32,000 nt of DNA from Wolbachia endosymbiont of Cimex lectularius (GTDB lineage: Bacteria > Pseudomonadota > Alphaproteobacteria > Rickettsiales > Anaplasmataceae): the NCBI RefSeq assembly GCF_000829315.1, contig NZ_AP013028.1, positions 570,001-602,000 on the forward strand, in the 5' to 3' direction. Each line of letters starts with the position of its first letter. Positions within the stretch are counted from its first letter, which is position 1. Shown here piece after piece: positions 16,247-26,999 of this stretch. Below the pieces are notes generated by a model. The model was not told the origin of the DNA, ran no database searches, and saw only the letters and a list, made by a program, of their open reading frames with translations. The position numbers and the translations under genes are program-made.

Positions 16247-16283
16247 GTAGTTTTTTTTGCCAACGCTGAAATTAGTAGGCAGC

Positions 16284-18023
16284 TCAGCTAATAGTCAATA
16301 CATCTTCTATTAAAAATTGTACAAACTCATTGCCATTCCAATAATTCATAGAGATTTTGCCCAAAATAGCTTCAACATTACCCTTCATGATAGCAGAACC
16401 AAGATGAGTATTTGCAGAACGAAACGCAATGGCTCTAACCATAGCATTATCGTCAGCAATGAAGCATTTTATATGGTCAACTCCTATAACTTCAGGCCTC
16501 CTAATCTTTGCTCCTTGGATAATAAACCTCGGCTCAGGATTGCCAACACCAAATGGCTCCAAACGTCGCAGTTGATTCCACAGGGATAAGTTTATTGCCT
16601 TAGCAGTTACTATACCGTCGGCTTTTAAAGCCTTATTATGCGTAAAGTGCGCAAACCTCTCAGTAAAAAAGTCATATAAATCGTTTATTTTGTCTTCCTT
16701 AATCGCAAACCCTGCTGCCATACTATGGCCGCCACCTTCAATAATCAGATTTATAAATTTTGCAGAAAGAACTGCAGCTCCGATATTAATCCCAGGAATT
16801 GACCTGCTGCTTGCTTTTCCTATTCCGTTATTAAAAGATATCACTACTGCCGGCAAGTGAAACCGCTCTTTCAGCCTTGATGCAATTATACCGATTATTC
16901 CCTGATGCCAATTACCGCTTACCATTATAAAATTCGCACCTGATTTCATGGACTTTTCCACTTGTGTTGTGGCTTCTAAAATAGCCTCATTTTCCATCAT
17001 CTTCCTTGCATTATTCAAGTCTATTAATTTTAGCGCGATGGAATGTGCCTCCTCTTCATTGTCTGTAGAAAGCAGCCTTGCGCCAAGAGATGCTTCTCCG
17101 ATTCTTCCTCCAGCATTTATGCATGGCCCAATATTAAAACCCAGCCGGGAAACGCTTGGTTTTTCGAGAATTCCTAAAGCATCAAATAAAACGCGAAAGC
17201 CGACGTTTTTTCTTGCTGACATCACTTTTAATCCTTGTGAGACAAATGCTCTATTGAGGCCAGTGATCTGCATAACATCGCAAACAGTGCCAAGGGCAAC
17301 CAAATCCAGCAGATCAAATAAATCTGGTTCCTTTCTGTTGGTAAAAAATCCCTGTTCACGCAGGTTTTTGTTAAGAGCAACAATTAGCAGAAATGACACT
17401 CCAACTGCTGCAAGGTTAGTATAAGGGGAGCTCTCATCGAGGCGATTTGGATTAACAACTGCTACAGCGCTTGGTAGTTTTTCCGTGCCAAGGTGATGAT
17501 CGATAACTATAATATCAAGACCGAAGTTCTTGGCATCCTCTATCGGTTGATATGCAAGTGTGCCGCAATCAACGGAAATACATAGATCAATACCTTTCTT
17601 TTTAAGTTGCAATAAAGCGTCTGCATTTAATCCATAGCCCTCATTAATACGATCTGGAATGTAAATTATAGAGCGTATACCAATCGTCCTTAGGTATCTG
17701 TTAATTAATGCTGATGACGTTGCACCATCAACGTCGTAGTCACCGAATATTGCTATGTTTTCACCATTATTTATTGCCCGTATTATGCGGCAAACAGCTT
17801 TATCCATGTCAAGAAGATGGAAGGGATCTGGTAATAGCGATCTGATTAGTGGATATAAGAAGTTGCCTGCACTTTCTACATTAACACCGCGAGTAACAAG
17901 TGCCCTAGCTAGTATTTCTGGTAATTCAAATTTTTGAGTAAGGGTTAAAATTTCCCTTTGGTCTGCTTCTTGTAACCTCCATAGTGCATTTGTTATGCTG
18001 CGCTTTTCAATATCAAGTAGCAT
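16284..18023 (-). CDS. recJ: single-stranded-DNA-specific exonuclease RecJ
   Basis: DHH motifs (IAIFGDYDVDGATS, VIDHH) and the DHHA1 region (GGGHSMAAG). An ATG at 18023 is preferred over the TTG at 18041. Confidence 0.9.
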   Translation of the reverse strand: MLLDIEKRSITNALWRLQEADQREILTLTQKFELPEILARALVTRGVNVESAGNFLYPLIRSLLPDPFHLLDMDKAVCRIIRAINNGENIAIFGDYDVDGATSSALINRYLRTIGIRSIIYIPDRINEGYGLNADALLQLKKKGIDLCISVDCGTLAYQPIEDAKNFGLDIIVIDHHLGTEKLPSAVAVVNPNRLDESSPYTNLAAVGVSFLLIVALNKNLREQGFFTNRKEPDLFDLLDLVALGTVCDVMQITGLNRAFVSQGLKVMSARKNVGFRVLFDALGILEKPSVSRLGFNIGPCINAGGRIGEASLGARLLSTDNEEEAHSIALKLIDLNNARKMMENEAILEATTQVEKSMKSGANFIMVSGNWHQGIIGIIASRLKERFHLPAVVISFNNGIGKASSRSIPGINIGAAVLSAKFINLIIEGGGHSMAAGFAIKEDKINDLYDFFTERFAHFTHNKALKADGIVTAKAINLSLWNQLRRLEPFGVGNPEPRFIIQGAKIRRPEVIGVDHIKCFIADDNAMVRAIAFRSANTHLGSAIMKGNVEAILGKISMNYWNGNEFVQFLIEDVLTIS

Positions 18024-18182
18024 ATTTTGTAAGTAAAACAAAACTACTTTACCAGAACTTTTAAACTTGTTCTACAATTGAATTTGCCATTCTTTCGAAG
18101 CGTGGTACAATTCCAGCAAATATCTTGCAGATCCGAAGTAGAAGTGCTATTATGTGCGTTTCAATGAGTATTAGGGGGTTAT

Positions 18183-18734
18183 ATGGGTAGGAAAAGAAAT
18201 TATAGGTCCAAGCTTAACAAGCAAATAGATAGTTTGTATGAATTTCAGCTTGGCGCAAGGATAGTTATAGGGGCTATAGTAGGAGTGGGTGCTGTAGTTG
18301 GAGCGCTTGCAGGATTAGGGCTCAGCTTTACAGCCTTGTCGCCTTTAGTTGCAGGTGGAATTATTGGTGCTATATCTCCAGCTCTGCTAGCGCTCGTAGT
18401 TATAGGGTTGCGCTGTTGCTACCGTGATAAGATCAACAAATTTAAAAAGGAAAAAGGTATTGTAGAAAAAGATGTAATAGTAGCGTTTGTACCGCCTTTT
18501 CTTCTTGCAACAATTGCAAGTGTAGCAGTTGGAGTGGGTCTTGCTGCAACCGCAAATGTTATTCTTCCTGGTGTCTTTGCAACTTGGTGGGCAATAGCAG
18601 CAGGTGCAGGAATAGGCGCTCTTGCACTACCTACAGGAATAGTTACGGGGGTAACTGTTTCGTCAATGTTCGTAGGTAGTATGTATGAATCTATTGTCTC
18701 AGACGAGTATGTAATTGGACCACGGACCGCTTAG
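18183..18734 (+). CDS. hypothetical Gly/Ala-rich polytopic membrane protein, 183 aa
   Basis: Good Shine-Dalgarno sequence (AGGGGG) before the ATG and two long hydrophobic blocks. A possible promoter is TTGCAG-N17-TATTAT at 18125-18153. Confidence 0.55.
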   Translation: MGRKRNYRSKLNKQIDSLYEFQLGARIVIGAIVGVGAVVGALAGLGLSFTALSPLVAGGIIGAISPALLALVVIGLRCCYRDKINKFKKEKGIVEKDVIVAFVPPFLLATIASVAVGVGLAATANVILPGVFATWWAIAAGAGIGALALPTGIVTGVTVSSMFVGSMYESIVSDEYVIGPRTA

Positions 18735-18841
18735 GTAGAACGAAAAGGAGGCCATTTTAAATGTTTGGCAAGCTTCAAGGTAATTGTTTACTGTTTGCGA
18801 AAATATTCGCATAATTTAAACAACATCAATTGATAAAAGTC

Positions 18842-19369
18842 ATGGAGCTTAATAAGATCGCAGCATCAATTTTGCTTTCCGGACTGATTATTGTGACAGT
18901 CAGCAATGTGGTTGATATGCTCTACAGTCCGGAGAAATATAAGATTGAACACCAAACGATAGTAGCTGCTGGCGGTGGCGGACCTCAGCAAAAAATTGAG
19001 CAAGTAGCGCTTGATATCGGAGCGCTCATGCAAAATGCTAGTTTTGAGAAAGGCAAGTCAGCAGCGAAGAAATGTATAGCTTGCCATAGTTTTGAGAAAA
19101 GTGGAGCAAATAAAGTAGGGCCAAACTTATGGAACATAGTTGGAAACAAAAAAGCACACCTTGGCAACTCATTTAATTATTCAAAAGCAGTGCTCGAAAA
19201 GGGCGGAAAGTGGGGATATGAAGAGCTATTTGCCTTCTTGAAGAATCCAAAAGCTTATATAAAAGGTACACGTATGGCGTTTGCAGGTATTTCCAATCCC
19301 CAAGAAATTGCAGATTTAGTCAGCTACTTGCGTCAACTAAGCGATAGCCCCGTTGATTTACCAAAGTAA
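18842..19369 (+). CDS. membrane-anchored c-type cytochrome
   Basis: N-terminal transmembrane anchor, the haem-binding motif CIACHS and the downstream Met ligand region GTRMAFAG. Confidence 0.8.
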   Translation: MELNKIAASILLSGLIIVTVSNVVDMLYSPEKYKIEHQTIVAAGGGGPQQKIEQVALDIGALMQNASFEKGKSAAKKCIACHSFEKSGANKVGPNLWNIVGNKKAHLGNSFNYSKAVLEKGGKWGYEELFAFLKNPKAYIKGTRMAFAGISNPQEIADLVSYLRQLSDSPVDLPK

Positions 19370-19370
19370 T

Positions 19371-20117
19371 ATGGATTACTGTAAACTATTCGGTGAAAGT
19401 GGCAAGTATATAGCATATCGAAAGCTACAGGGAAGGAGAACTTCTATAGTCTTTTTTGGTGGGTTTGCATCAAATATGAATGGAACTAAAGCAACTGCTA
19501 TTTACAAATTTTGCCAAGAAAATGATGTAGCGCTTGTGCTATTTGACTACTTTGGCCACGGCCATTCAAGCGGTGATTTCACTGATTACACGATAAGTGA
19601 TTGGCAAAAAAATTGTACTAGAGTAATCAATGAATTAACTAGCAGCAAACAGATAATTATAGGCTCAAGTATGGGAGGGTGGCTGATGTTGCTCACTGCT
19701 CTTCAAATTCCAGAAAGAATTGCAGCATTGATTGGCGTATCATCTGCTCCTGACTTCACTGAAGATTTAATATTCAAGCAGTTATCAGGCAAGCAAAAAG
19801 AAGAACTAGATTCTAAAGGCGTAGTGGACTTTACTTCAGGGCGTTGTGCGTACAAAATCACCAAGAATTTGATAGAAGACGGCAGGAAAAAACTTCTTTT
19901 AAATAAAGAGACAATAGACATAAACTCTCCTGTACGCTTATTGCATAGCATTAACGATAAAGATGTTCCTTACCAAACCTCATTAAATTTAGCTGAAAGA
20001 GTCAAATCAACCGATGTTGAGGTGCACTTGACAAAATCAGCGGAGCATAACATGTCTGACAGCCATTCATTGAAAATTTTATTTCAGGCTATTAGAGAAT
20101 TTTTGCCTACTGTGTAG
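19371..20117 (+). CDS. alpha/beta hydrolase
   Basis: Nucleophile elbow GSSMGG, with Asp and His candidates later. An ATG at 19371 is preferred over the TTG at 19353. Confidence 0.7.
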   Translation: MDYCKLFGESGKYIAYRKLQGRRTSIVFFGGFASNMNGTKATAIYKFCQENDVALVLFDYFGHGHSSGDFTDYTISDWQKNCTRVINELTSSKQIIIGSSMGGWLMLLTALQIPERIAALIGVSSAPDFTEDLIFKQLSGKQKEELDSKGVVDFTSGRCAYKITKNLIEDGRKKLLLNKETIDINSPVRLLHSINDKDVPYQTSLNLAERVKSTDVEVHLTKSAEHNMSDSHSLKILFQAIREFLPTV

Positions 20118-20194
20118 TTATAGCTAAAGTAATTGTGGTTTACCGATGATTAAAAAACCTCCATTTTGCATAGCTTTTAGTAGCACATTTGATA

Positions 20195-20680
20195 AAACAA
20201 AAAAACTACTTGACAAGTTCCTTCAACCCCCTTATAATGAGACTGAAGCTATTATTTATCTTCAGTCTGTGCAGATAAAATGACAAAAAACTCAATGTAC
20301 TTGGCGTCTCATGTTTAATTTTTTGCACTATGTGCACTCCATGTCTTCATAAAACTTCTAGGTTTTTACCTAATATAAGCTAAAATGCGCTTGCTAAAGC
20401 ATTTAAGACAATAAAAAACGCCAATTTAAAAGATAGATAGTGAATAACTAGCTAGTGGGGTTTCTTTTGCCTTTTGTCTGTTTAGTAAATTTCTTAATGT
20501 TTAAATTTAGATCAGTTGCGGTTTAAAAGCAGCTAGATTAGACGTTTAGAATAAAAAAACGCCAATTTATAAAGTTAATATAAATAATTAGCCACCGACG
20601 GGGCTTCTTTGCTTTTTTTTCTGTTTGGTAAATTTCTTAAATATTTATAGCTAAAGGTTAGTTGCAGTTTAAGATACAAT
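20195..20680 (+). repeat. promoter-leader repeat module, copy C
   Basis: Collinear with 12192-12650. It contains two tandem subunits, 20414-20497 and 20553-20640, with a period of about 139 bp. Confidence 0.8.
20210..20238 (+). promoter_or_regulatory. perfect consensus sigma70 promoter TTGACA-N17-TATAAT (module copy C)
   Basis: Read directly and preceded by AAAAAAACTAC. It lies 549 nt upstream of the fumC ATG. Confidence 0.6.
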
Positions 20681-20786
20681 ACAGTATGATTTAATTAACC
20701 AGAAAGTGGAGATATTAACATGAAAAACTTATGTAGCGAAACTGGATTACAGTTTCAGCTATTTGTATGACATCAAGGAGGAAGAT

Positions 20787-22178
20787 ATGGATAAAAAAAC
20801 CAGAACAGAATCAGACAGCTTGGGGGAAATAAAAGTACCAAGCGAACGTTATTGGGGAGCGCAAACACAGCGTTCTTTGGAAAATTTTAAAATTGGCACG
20901 GAAAAGATGCCAGAGCCTATAATTGAAGCATTAGCAATAGTAAAACTTGCAGCAGCACGTATGAATATGAAGCATAGTGCTATAGATGAAAAAGTAGGGA
21001 ATGCGATCTGCACAACTGCACAGGAGGTAATAGACGGCAAATTTAACGACGAATTTCCACTTGTCGTGTGGCAAACTGGATCTGGAACTCAAACCAACAT
21101 GAACATGAATGAAGTGATCAGTAATCGTGCAATAGAGATTTTGAGTGGCGATTTGGGCAGCAAGTCTCCAGTACACCCAAACGATCATGTGAACTTTGGC
21201 CAGTCATCAAATGACACTTTTCCAACAGCAATGCACATAGCAGCAGCAAAGCAGATAAATTGCTCTCTCATTCCAAGTCTTGAAGTGCTACATAAGGCAC
21301 TGAATGATAAGGTTCAGGAATTTAAAAATATAATAAAAGTAGGGCGTACTCATTTGCAAGATGCAACGCCTCTGACACTGGGACAGGAATTTTCTGGCCA
21401 TGCAGTTCAAATTAAAAAGGGAATAGAAAGAGTAAAATCAGCTCTGAACAATGTGTATGAACTTGCACAAGGTGGCACCGCGGTTGGTACGGGACTCAAT
21501 ACTAAAAAAGGCTTTGCTGAGGATTTTGCTAGAGAAGTGGCAGAAATTACCAATCTTCCATTTATTTCAGCAAAAAATAAATTTGAAGCATTAGCAGCAA
21601 ATGATGCTCTGGTTGAGCTAAGTGGAGCACTCAATACAGTAGCGGTCAGTTTAATGAAAATTGCAAATGATATAAGGTTGCTTGGTTCTGGTCCAAGGTG
21701 CGGAATTGGAGAAATAATCTTGCCAGAAAATGAGCCAGGTTCTTCAATTATGCCAGGTAAAGTGAATCCAACTCAATGTGAGGCAGTAACTATGGTATGT
21801 GCTCAAGTTATGGGAAATCATGTTACTGTAACCATCAGTGGTTCAAACGGCCATTTTGAACTAAACGTGTTTAAGCCAGTAATAATTTACAATGTTTTGC
21901 AGTCTATAAGACTTTTAGCTGACGCAAGTTTAAATTTCACAGAAAAATGTGTGATTGGCATTAAGGCAAATGAAAAGAGAATAAAAGATCTGCTGAATCA
22001 GTCATTAATGTTGGTCACTATATTAAATACGCATATAGGATATGATAATGCAGCAAAAATAGCCAAACTTGCTTACAAAGAAAATATCACCTTAAAGGAA
22101 GCGGCAGTGAAGCTTGAGCTGCTCACTGAAAAAGAGTTTGAAAGAATAGTAAAACCAGAAGAAATGGTAAATTTATAA
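20787..22178 (+). CDS. fumC: class II fumarate hydratase
   Basis: GSSxMPxKxN signature ([11 protein letters not shown]) and the N-terminal [12 protein letters not shown]...YWGAQTQRS. The ATG at 20787 is preceded by AAGGAGG. Confidence 0.95.
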   Translation: MDKKTRTESDSLGEIKVPSERYWGAQTQRSLENFKIGTEKMPEPIIEALAIVKLAAARMNMKHSAIDEKVGNAICTTAQEVIDGKFNDEFPLVVWQTGSGTQTNMNMNEVISNRAIEILSGDLGSKSPVHPNDHVNFGQSSNDTFPTAMHIAAAKQINCSLIPSLEVLHKALNDKVQEFKNIIKVGRTHLQDATPLTLGQEFSGHAVQIKKGIERVKSALNNVYELAQGGTAVGTGLNTKKGFAEDFAREVAEITNLPFISAKNKFEALAANDALVELSGALNTVAVSLMKIANDIRLLGSGPRCGIGEIILPENEPGSSIMPGKVNPTQCEAVTMVCAQVMGNHVTVTISGSNGHFELNVFKPVIIYNVLQSIRLLADASLNFTEKCVIGIKANEKRIKDLLNQSLMLVTILNTHIGYDNAAKIAKLAYKENITLKEAAVKLELLTEKEFERIVKPEEMVNL

Positions 22179-22427
22179 ATCACTAGTTTTATTACCAATG
22201 TTTAAAGCAGTTTCCTTTATCTCCTTTATTCTCTCGTCTGCTAACATTTTTAATTTCTCACCGTATCTGTAATAATTTCGCTTTATAGTGCACAGCTCAT
22301 CTGCAGAGTTATGATCCAATTTAGGGTAATATTCGTAATCGCAGTTTTCTTTGATGCCCTCAGTGCTTGTAAATGATGCTGAGAGTGGAAACGAAGCTAA
22401 TAGTAAAGTAAGTGCGAAGCTTTTCAT
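22173..22427 (-). CDS. hypothetical small secreted protein, 84 aa
   Basis: Clear signal peptide ([17 protein letters not shown]) and two Cys residues. It is convergent with fumC and overlaps it by 6 nt. Confidence 0.45.
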   Translation of the reverse strand: MKSFALTLLLASFPLSASFTSTEGIKENCDYEYYPKLDHNSADELCTIKRNYYRYGEKLKMLADERIKEIKETALNIGNKTSDL

Positions 22428-22572
22428 ACTGAATATTTAAGCTCAATTGCGTTATAAATCTATTAATAGTGAAAGAAGAAAAACCGATCAATAGATCTCT
22501 TGAACAACCTGCTTTCTGATTTAGCGCCAAAACTTGCTTTCGCTCCTCAAATTTTCCCGTTTTTGTAAACGT

Positions 22573-23217
22573 TTATTGTTTTGCATTCCAATCTTGTTCA
22601 AATATTACAAGCCCCTGGTCGGTAAGTGGATGGTTAAGTAATTGTCTAAGTATTTTCGCTGGCACAGTAATTGAATCAGCACCAAGCCTTGCAGCTTCTA
22701 CTACATGCGTTGGACTTCTTACCGATGCAACAAGAACTTTGGTATCAAAGCCGTAATTAGAATATATAGTGCATATATCTTCTATTAGTGACAAGCCATT
22801 ATAGCTTATATCATCAAGGCGGCCAACAAAAGGGGAAATAAAACAAGCACCGGCCTTAGCGGCAAGCAGTGCTTGTCCAGGAGAAAAACATAATGTAATG
22901 TTAACAGGTATTTTATGTTCTGTCCACAACTTTTTACAAGAAATTAATCCTTCATGTGTAAGAGGCAGTTTGATTACGATATTGCTAGCGATTTTCGCTA
23001 ACTTAAGACCTTCTTTAATCATATCTTCATGATTATCTGCAACAACTTCCACACTAACAGGCCCTTCTATAATAGAGCATATCTCACTTATTAAATCTTC
23101 ATACTTATCTTTACGCCCAGACTTTGCTATCAAAGAAGGATTGGTTGTTATGCCATCAATGAACTCTTTTAGTTCTTTAATTTCATTTAAATCAACGCTA
23201 TCAAGAAAAATTTCCAT
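22573..23217 (-). CDS. tal: short-type transaldolase / fructose-6-phosphate aldolase family protein
   Basis: 214 aa, N-terminal MEIFLDSVDLNEIK...GITTNPSL and the Schiff-base lysine region VIKLP. Confidence 0.85.
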   Translation of the reverse strand: MEIFLDSVDLNEIKELKEFIDGITTNPSLIAKSGRKDKYEDLISEICSIIEGPVSVEVVADNHEDMIKEGLKLAKIASNIVIKLPLTHEGLISCKKLWTEHKIPVNITLCFSPGQALLAAKAGACFISPFVGRLDDISYNGLSLIEDICTIYSNYGFDTKVLVASVRSPTHVVEAARLGADSITVPAKILRQLLNHPLTDQGLVIFEQDWNAKQ

Positions 23218-23304
23218 ACTAACCTCTCATAAAAAAAATATCTTTGCAAAATCTTGCCATTAAACTCCTTGCATACCATTGTTTACATGAAAAACCAGTA
23301 GCCC

Positions 23305-23692
23305 ACCCTTTAGTGTCATTCCAGCGCGTGACGCACAACTGTACGAACATTGTGATTTGTAGGTAATTTGCGTAGCAGACATTGTCATTCCAGTGCGTAA
23401 TACTGGAATCCAGTTTTTTGTTAATTTCATCGAAAATGTTGTGTAGTGCGCTTGTTTACGATCAATTTTTCTGGATCCCAGTGTCTCGCTACTTGGATGA
23501 CACCCTCCTGCTAGTCTCAAACCACAATGCTCGTACAGTTGTGCACGTGACACTGGAATCCAGAAAAAAAAGAAAACAGGTTCCAGTGTCATGCACTGGA
23601 ATGATAGGAGATAATGCAAGAAACCTATTGGTTTGCAAAATAGATCCCAGTGTCGGAGCACTGGGATGACACCTTGGAGTTTCTGGGATAAC
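23305..23692. repeat. dense cluster of palindromic elements
   Basis: At least five hairpin units (for example TTCCAGCGCGTGACG, CCCAGTGTCGGAGCACTGGGATGACACC). A ~75-bp core at 23320-23395 is the reverse complement of 5876-5950. Confidence 0.8.
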
Positions 23693-23761
23693 GAAAAAAG
23701 AGCATTTGGAGCAACAATCTTACAGCCATTTGAATAATAATTGATTTTTTGCCTAAGGCAG

Positions 23762-24106
23762 CTAAGAAAGATGTTTCTCATTAAGATAACTTAAACATAT
23801 ACTAATTCTTTTGCTCTTCAACGATTCCTCATCATGAATTACATGATCAAAAATCTGAACTTGGTTTGTCACAATGCTACAATTATTATCTGCAACTTCC
23901 AACACACCATTATCAACCATAACTTTTTCTTTTTTTTGATTACTCATTTTAACAGTAATGATACCAGGCAATAAATAAATCAAGTGAGGAGAATGGTGAG
24001 CTAAAACCATAAGCTCTCCTTCAAGCCCATTTATTGAAAGAGAAGTCACTTTATTGAATGAAATTTGATTATCAGGAGAAAAAAATTGCACTTTGAAGGT
24101 ATTCAT
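23762..24106 (-). CDS. atpC: F0F1 ATP synthase subunit epsilon
   Basis: 114 aa, directly downstream of atpD, with a typical N-terminal beta-sandwich sequence pattern. Confidence 0.8.
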   Translation of the reverse strand: MNTFKVQFFSPDNQISFNKVTSLSINGLEGELMVLAHHSPHLIYLLPGIITVKMSNQKKEKVMVDNGVLEVADNNCSIVTNQVQIFDHVIHDEESLKSKRISICLSYLNEKHLS

Positions 24107-24111
24107 AATCT

Positions 24112-25611
<1,500 letters not shown>

Positions 25612-25661
25612 TCAAGAAAATAAATCTTATATTATTAATAGAAATTTTGCAACAACATTTG

Positions 25662-26750
25662 CTAATTACACTTTATTATGAACAGTGCAAACGCATTTAA
25701 GAGCCAAGTAATAATAAATAACACTAAACTAAGTACATAAGCAGCAAGTGTCTGCACACTATTGAAATCTTGATCTCCGGTAAGCAATGTAGCAATCTGT
25801 ACAGTAATAGTAGTAACTGAATTGAGAGGATTAAAAGTCAAGTTTGAGTTGATTCCCACAGCCATCAGCACGATCATTGTTTCGCCTATCGCTCTCGAAA
25901 TTGACAACAGAATTGCACTTAAAATTGTCGGCATTGCATAAGGTATTGTTATGTGCCATACAGTTTCTGCTGGAGTGGCCCCCAATGCCATAAAGCCGTA
26001 GCGTAAGCTCTTTGGAACAGACCTGATTGCGTCTTCCAATAAAGAAATAATAAAAGGAAGAATCATTATCCCTATCGATAGACCAGCAACTAAGGCACTC
26101 TCTGAGTGTATATTCAAACCAAAAAAACTTGCTATCTGTTTCACAGAAGAGGATAAAAATACAACCGAGAAATATCCATACACGACTGTGGGAATAGCAG
26201 ATAAAACTTGCAAAGTTGTATTAACAATGTAACGCACTTTCCCACTCGCATATTCACTAATATATATTGCAGAAAACAAACCAAGCGGAACAGCAACCAG
26301 CATTGCTACAATAGTTATAACCAACGTGCCAACCAAAAGCGGGGTTATACCGAAACATCCTATTTTTTCTCCATTGATAGTTACCACACTATGGCTCCAT
26401 TTCAAGCAAAACAAGAATTCTGAAATAGCTACTTCTTTAAAAAAATTAACAGATTGGGTAAGAATAGATAACATTATAAATAAAGTGATAAAAAACGATA
26501 TGGCTAGAGCCACAAACAGTGAAAATTTGATTATCTTATTTCCTTTGCTTTTAAATATAAAAGCAAACACGAAAAAAAGTAACGCTATAGAAATAGAAGT
26601 TATAAAACAATTGTTACAGAGTATTAATAACCAAGTTAACATCCATATACAACTGAGATATAAATAAGATTTAACCTTATCCACTTGCTTAAAGCAAAAT
26701 AAAAGAATTAGTAGCGTAGGTATAGAAAGGATTATTGCCAACAAATTCAT
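25662..26750 (-). CDS. pstC: phosphate ABC transporter permease (PstC-like)
   Basis: EAA-loop region EDAIRSVPKSLRYGFMALGATPAETV and an LSAIPTVVYG block. PstC versus PstA was decided from remembered patterns only. Confidence 0.6.
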   Translation of the reverse strand: MNLLAIILSIPTLLILLFCFKQVDKVKSYLYLSCIWMLTWLLILCNNCFITSISIALLFFVFAFIFKSKGNKIIKFSLFVALAISFFITLFIMLSILTQSVNFFKEVAISEFLFCLKWSHSVVTINGEKIGCFGITPLLVGTLVITIVAMLVAVPLGLFSAIYISEYASGKVRYIVNTTLQVLSAIPTVVYGYFSVVFLSSSVKQIASFFGLNIHSESALVAGLSIGIMILPFIISLLEDAIRSVPKSLRYGFMALGATPAETVWHITIPYAMPTILSAILLSISRAIGETMIVLMAVGINSNLTFNPLNSVTTITVQIATLLTGDQDFNSVQTLAAYVLSLVLFIITWLLNAFALFIIKCN

Positions 26751-26864
26751 CTATCGAATCTTATTTTACGAGAATACAACTTTAAGATTATCCAAATATA
26801 ATGCAACCATCATTTGACAATAAAGTAAAATAAATTAAAATAACTAATTATATTTATAAAAACA

Positions 26865-26999
26865 ATGAAGAGAACATTTCAACCGAAAAATTTGATAAGA
26901 AAGCGCAGGCACGGCTTCCGCTCACGTATGGCAACAAGGGCTGGAAGGAAAATTCTCAATAGGCGTCGCTCATTAGGATGCAAAAAACTATGTGCATAA
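26865..26999 (+). CDS. rpmH: 50S ribosomal protein L34
   Basis: Hand translation gives [44 protein letters not shown] (44 aa). It is absent from the ORF track because it is short. Confidence 0.95.
   Translation: MKRTFQPKNLIRKRRHGFRSRMATRAGRKILNRRRSLGCKKLCA

Noticed and set aside
15180-16262. An active restriction-modification or other defence locus around the DNA methyltransferase.
   Set aside because: The methyltransferase is truncated before motif I. No endonuclease-like ORF is adjacent; the neighbours are recJ and an IS.
20414-20640. Minus-strand reading of the leader subunits gives a recurring peptide-like string (KKFTKQKKKQRSPVGG*, KKFTKQTKGKRNPTS*, KKLTKWRKKAKEAPVGG*, KKFTKQKKDKEIPSGEF*). 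This suggests a conserved C-terminus.
   Set aside because: In each copy checked in detail, a stop lies a few codons upstream and no start exists. It may be at most a relic of an old coding sequence, not a gene.
23260-23781. 173-aa ORF on the minus strand, plus the 95-aa ORF at 23382-23669.
   Set aside because: Both are composed almost entirely of palindromic repeat units. Their openness is a by-product of repeat composition. The 173-aa ORF also overlaps the atpC 3' end.
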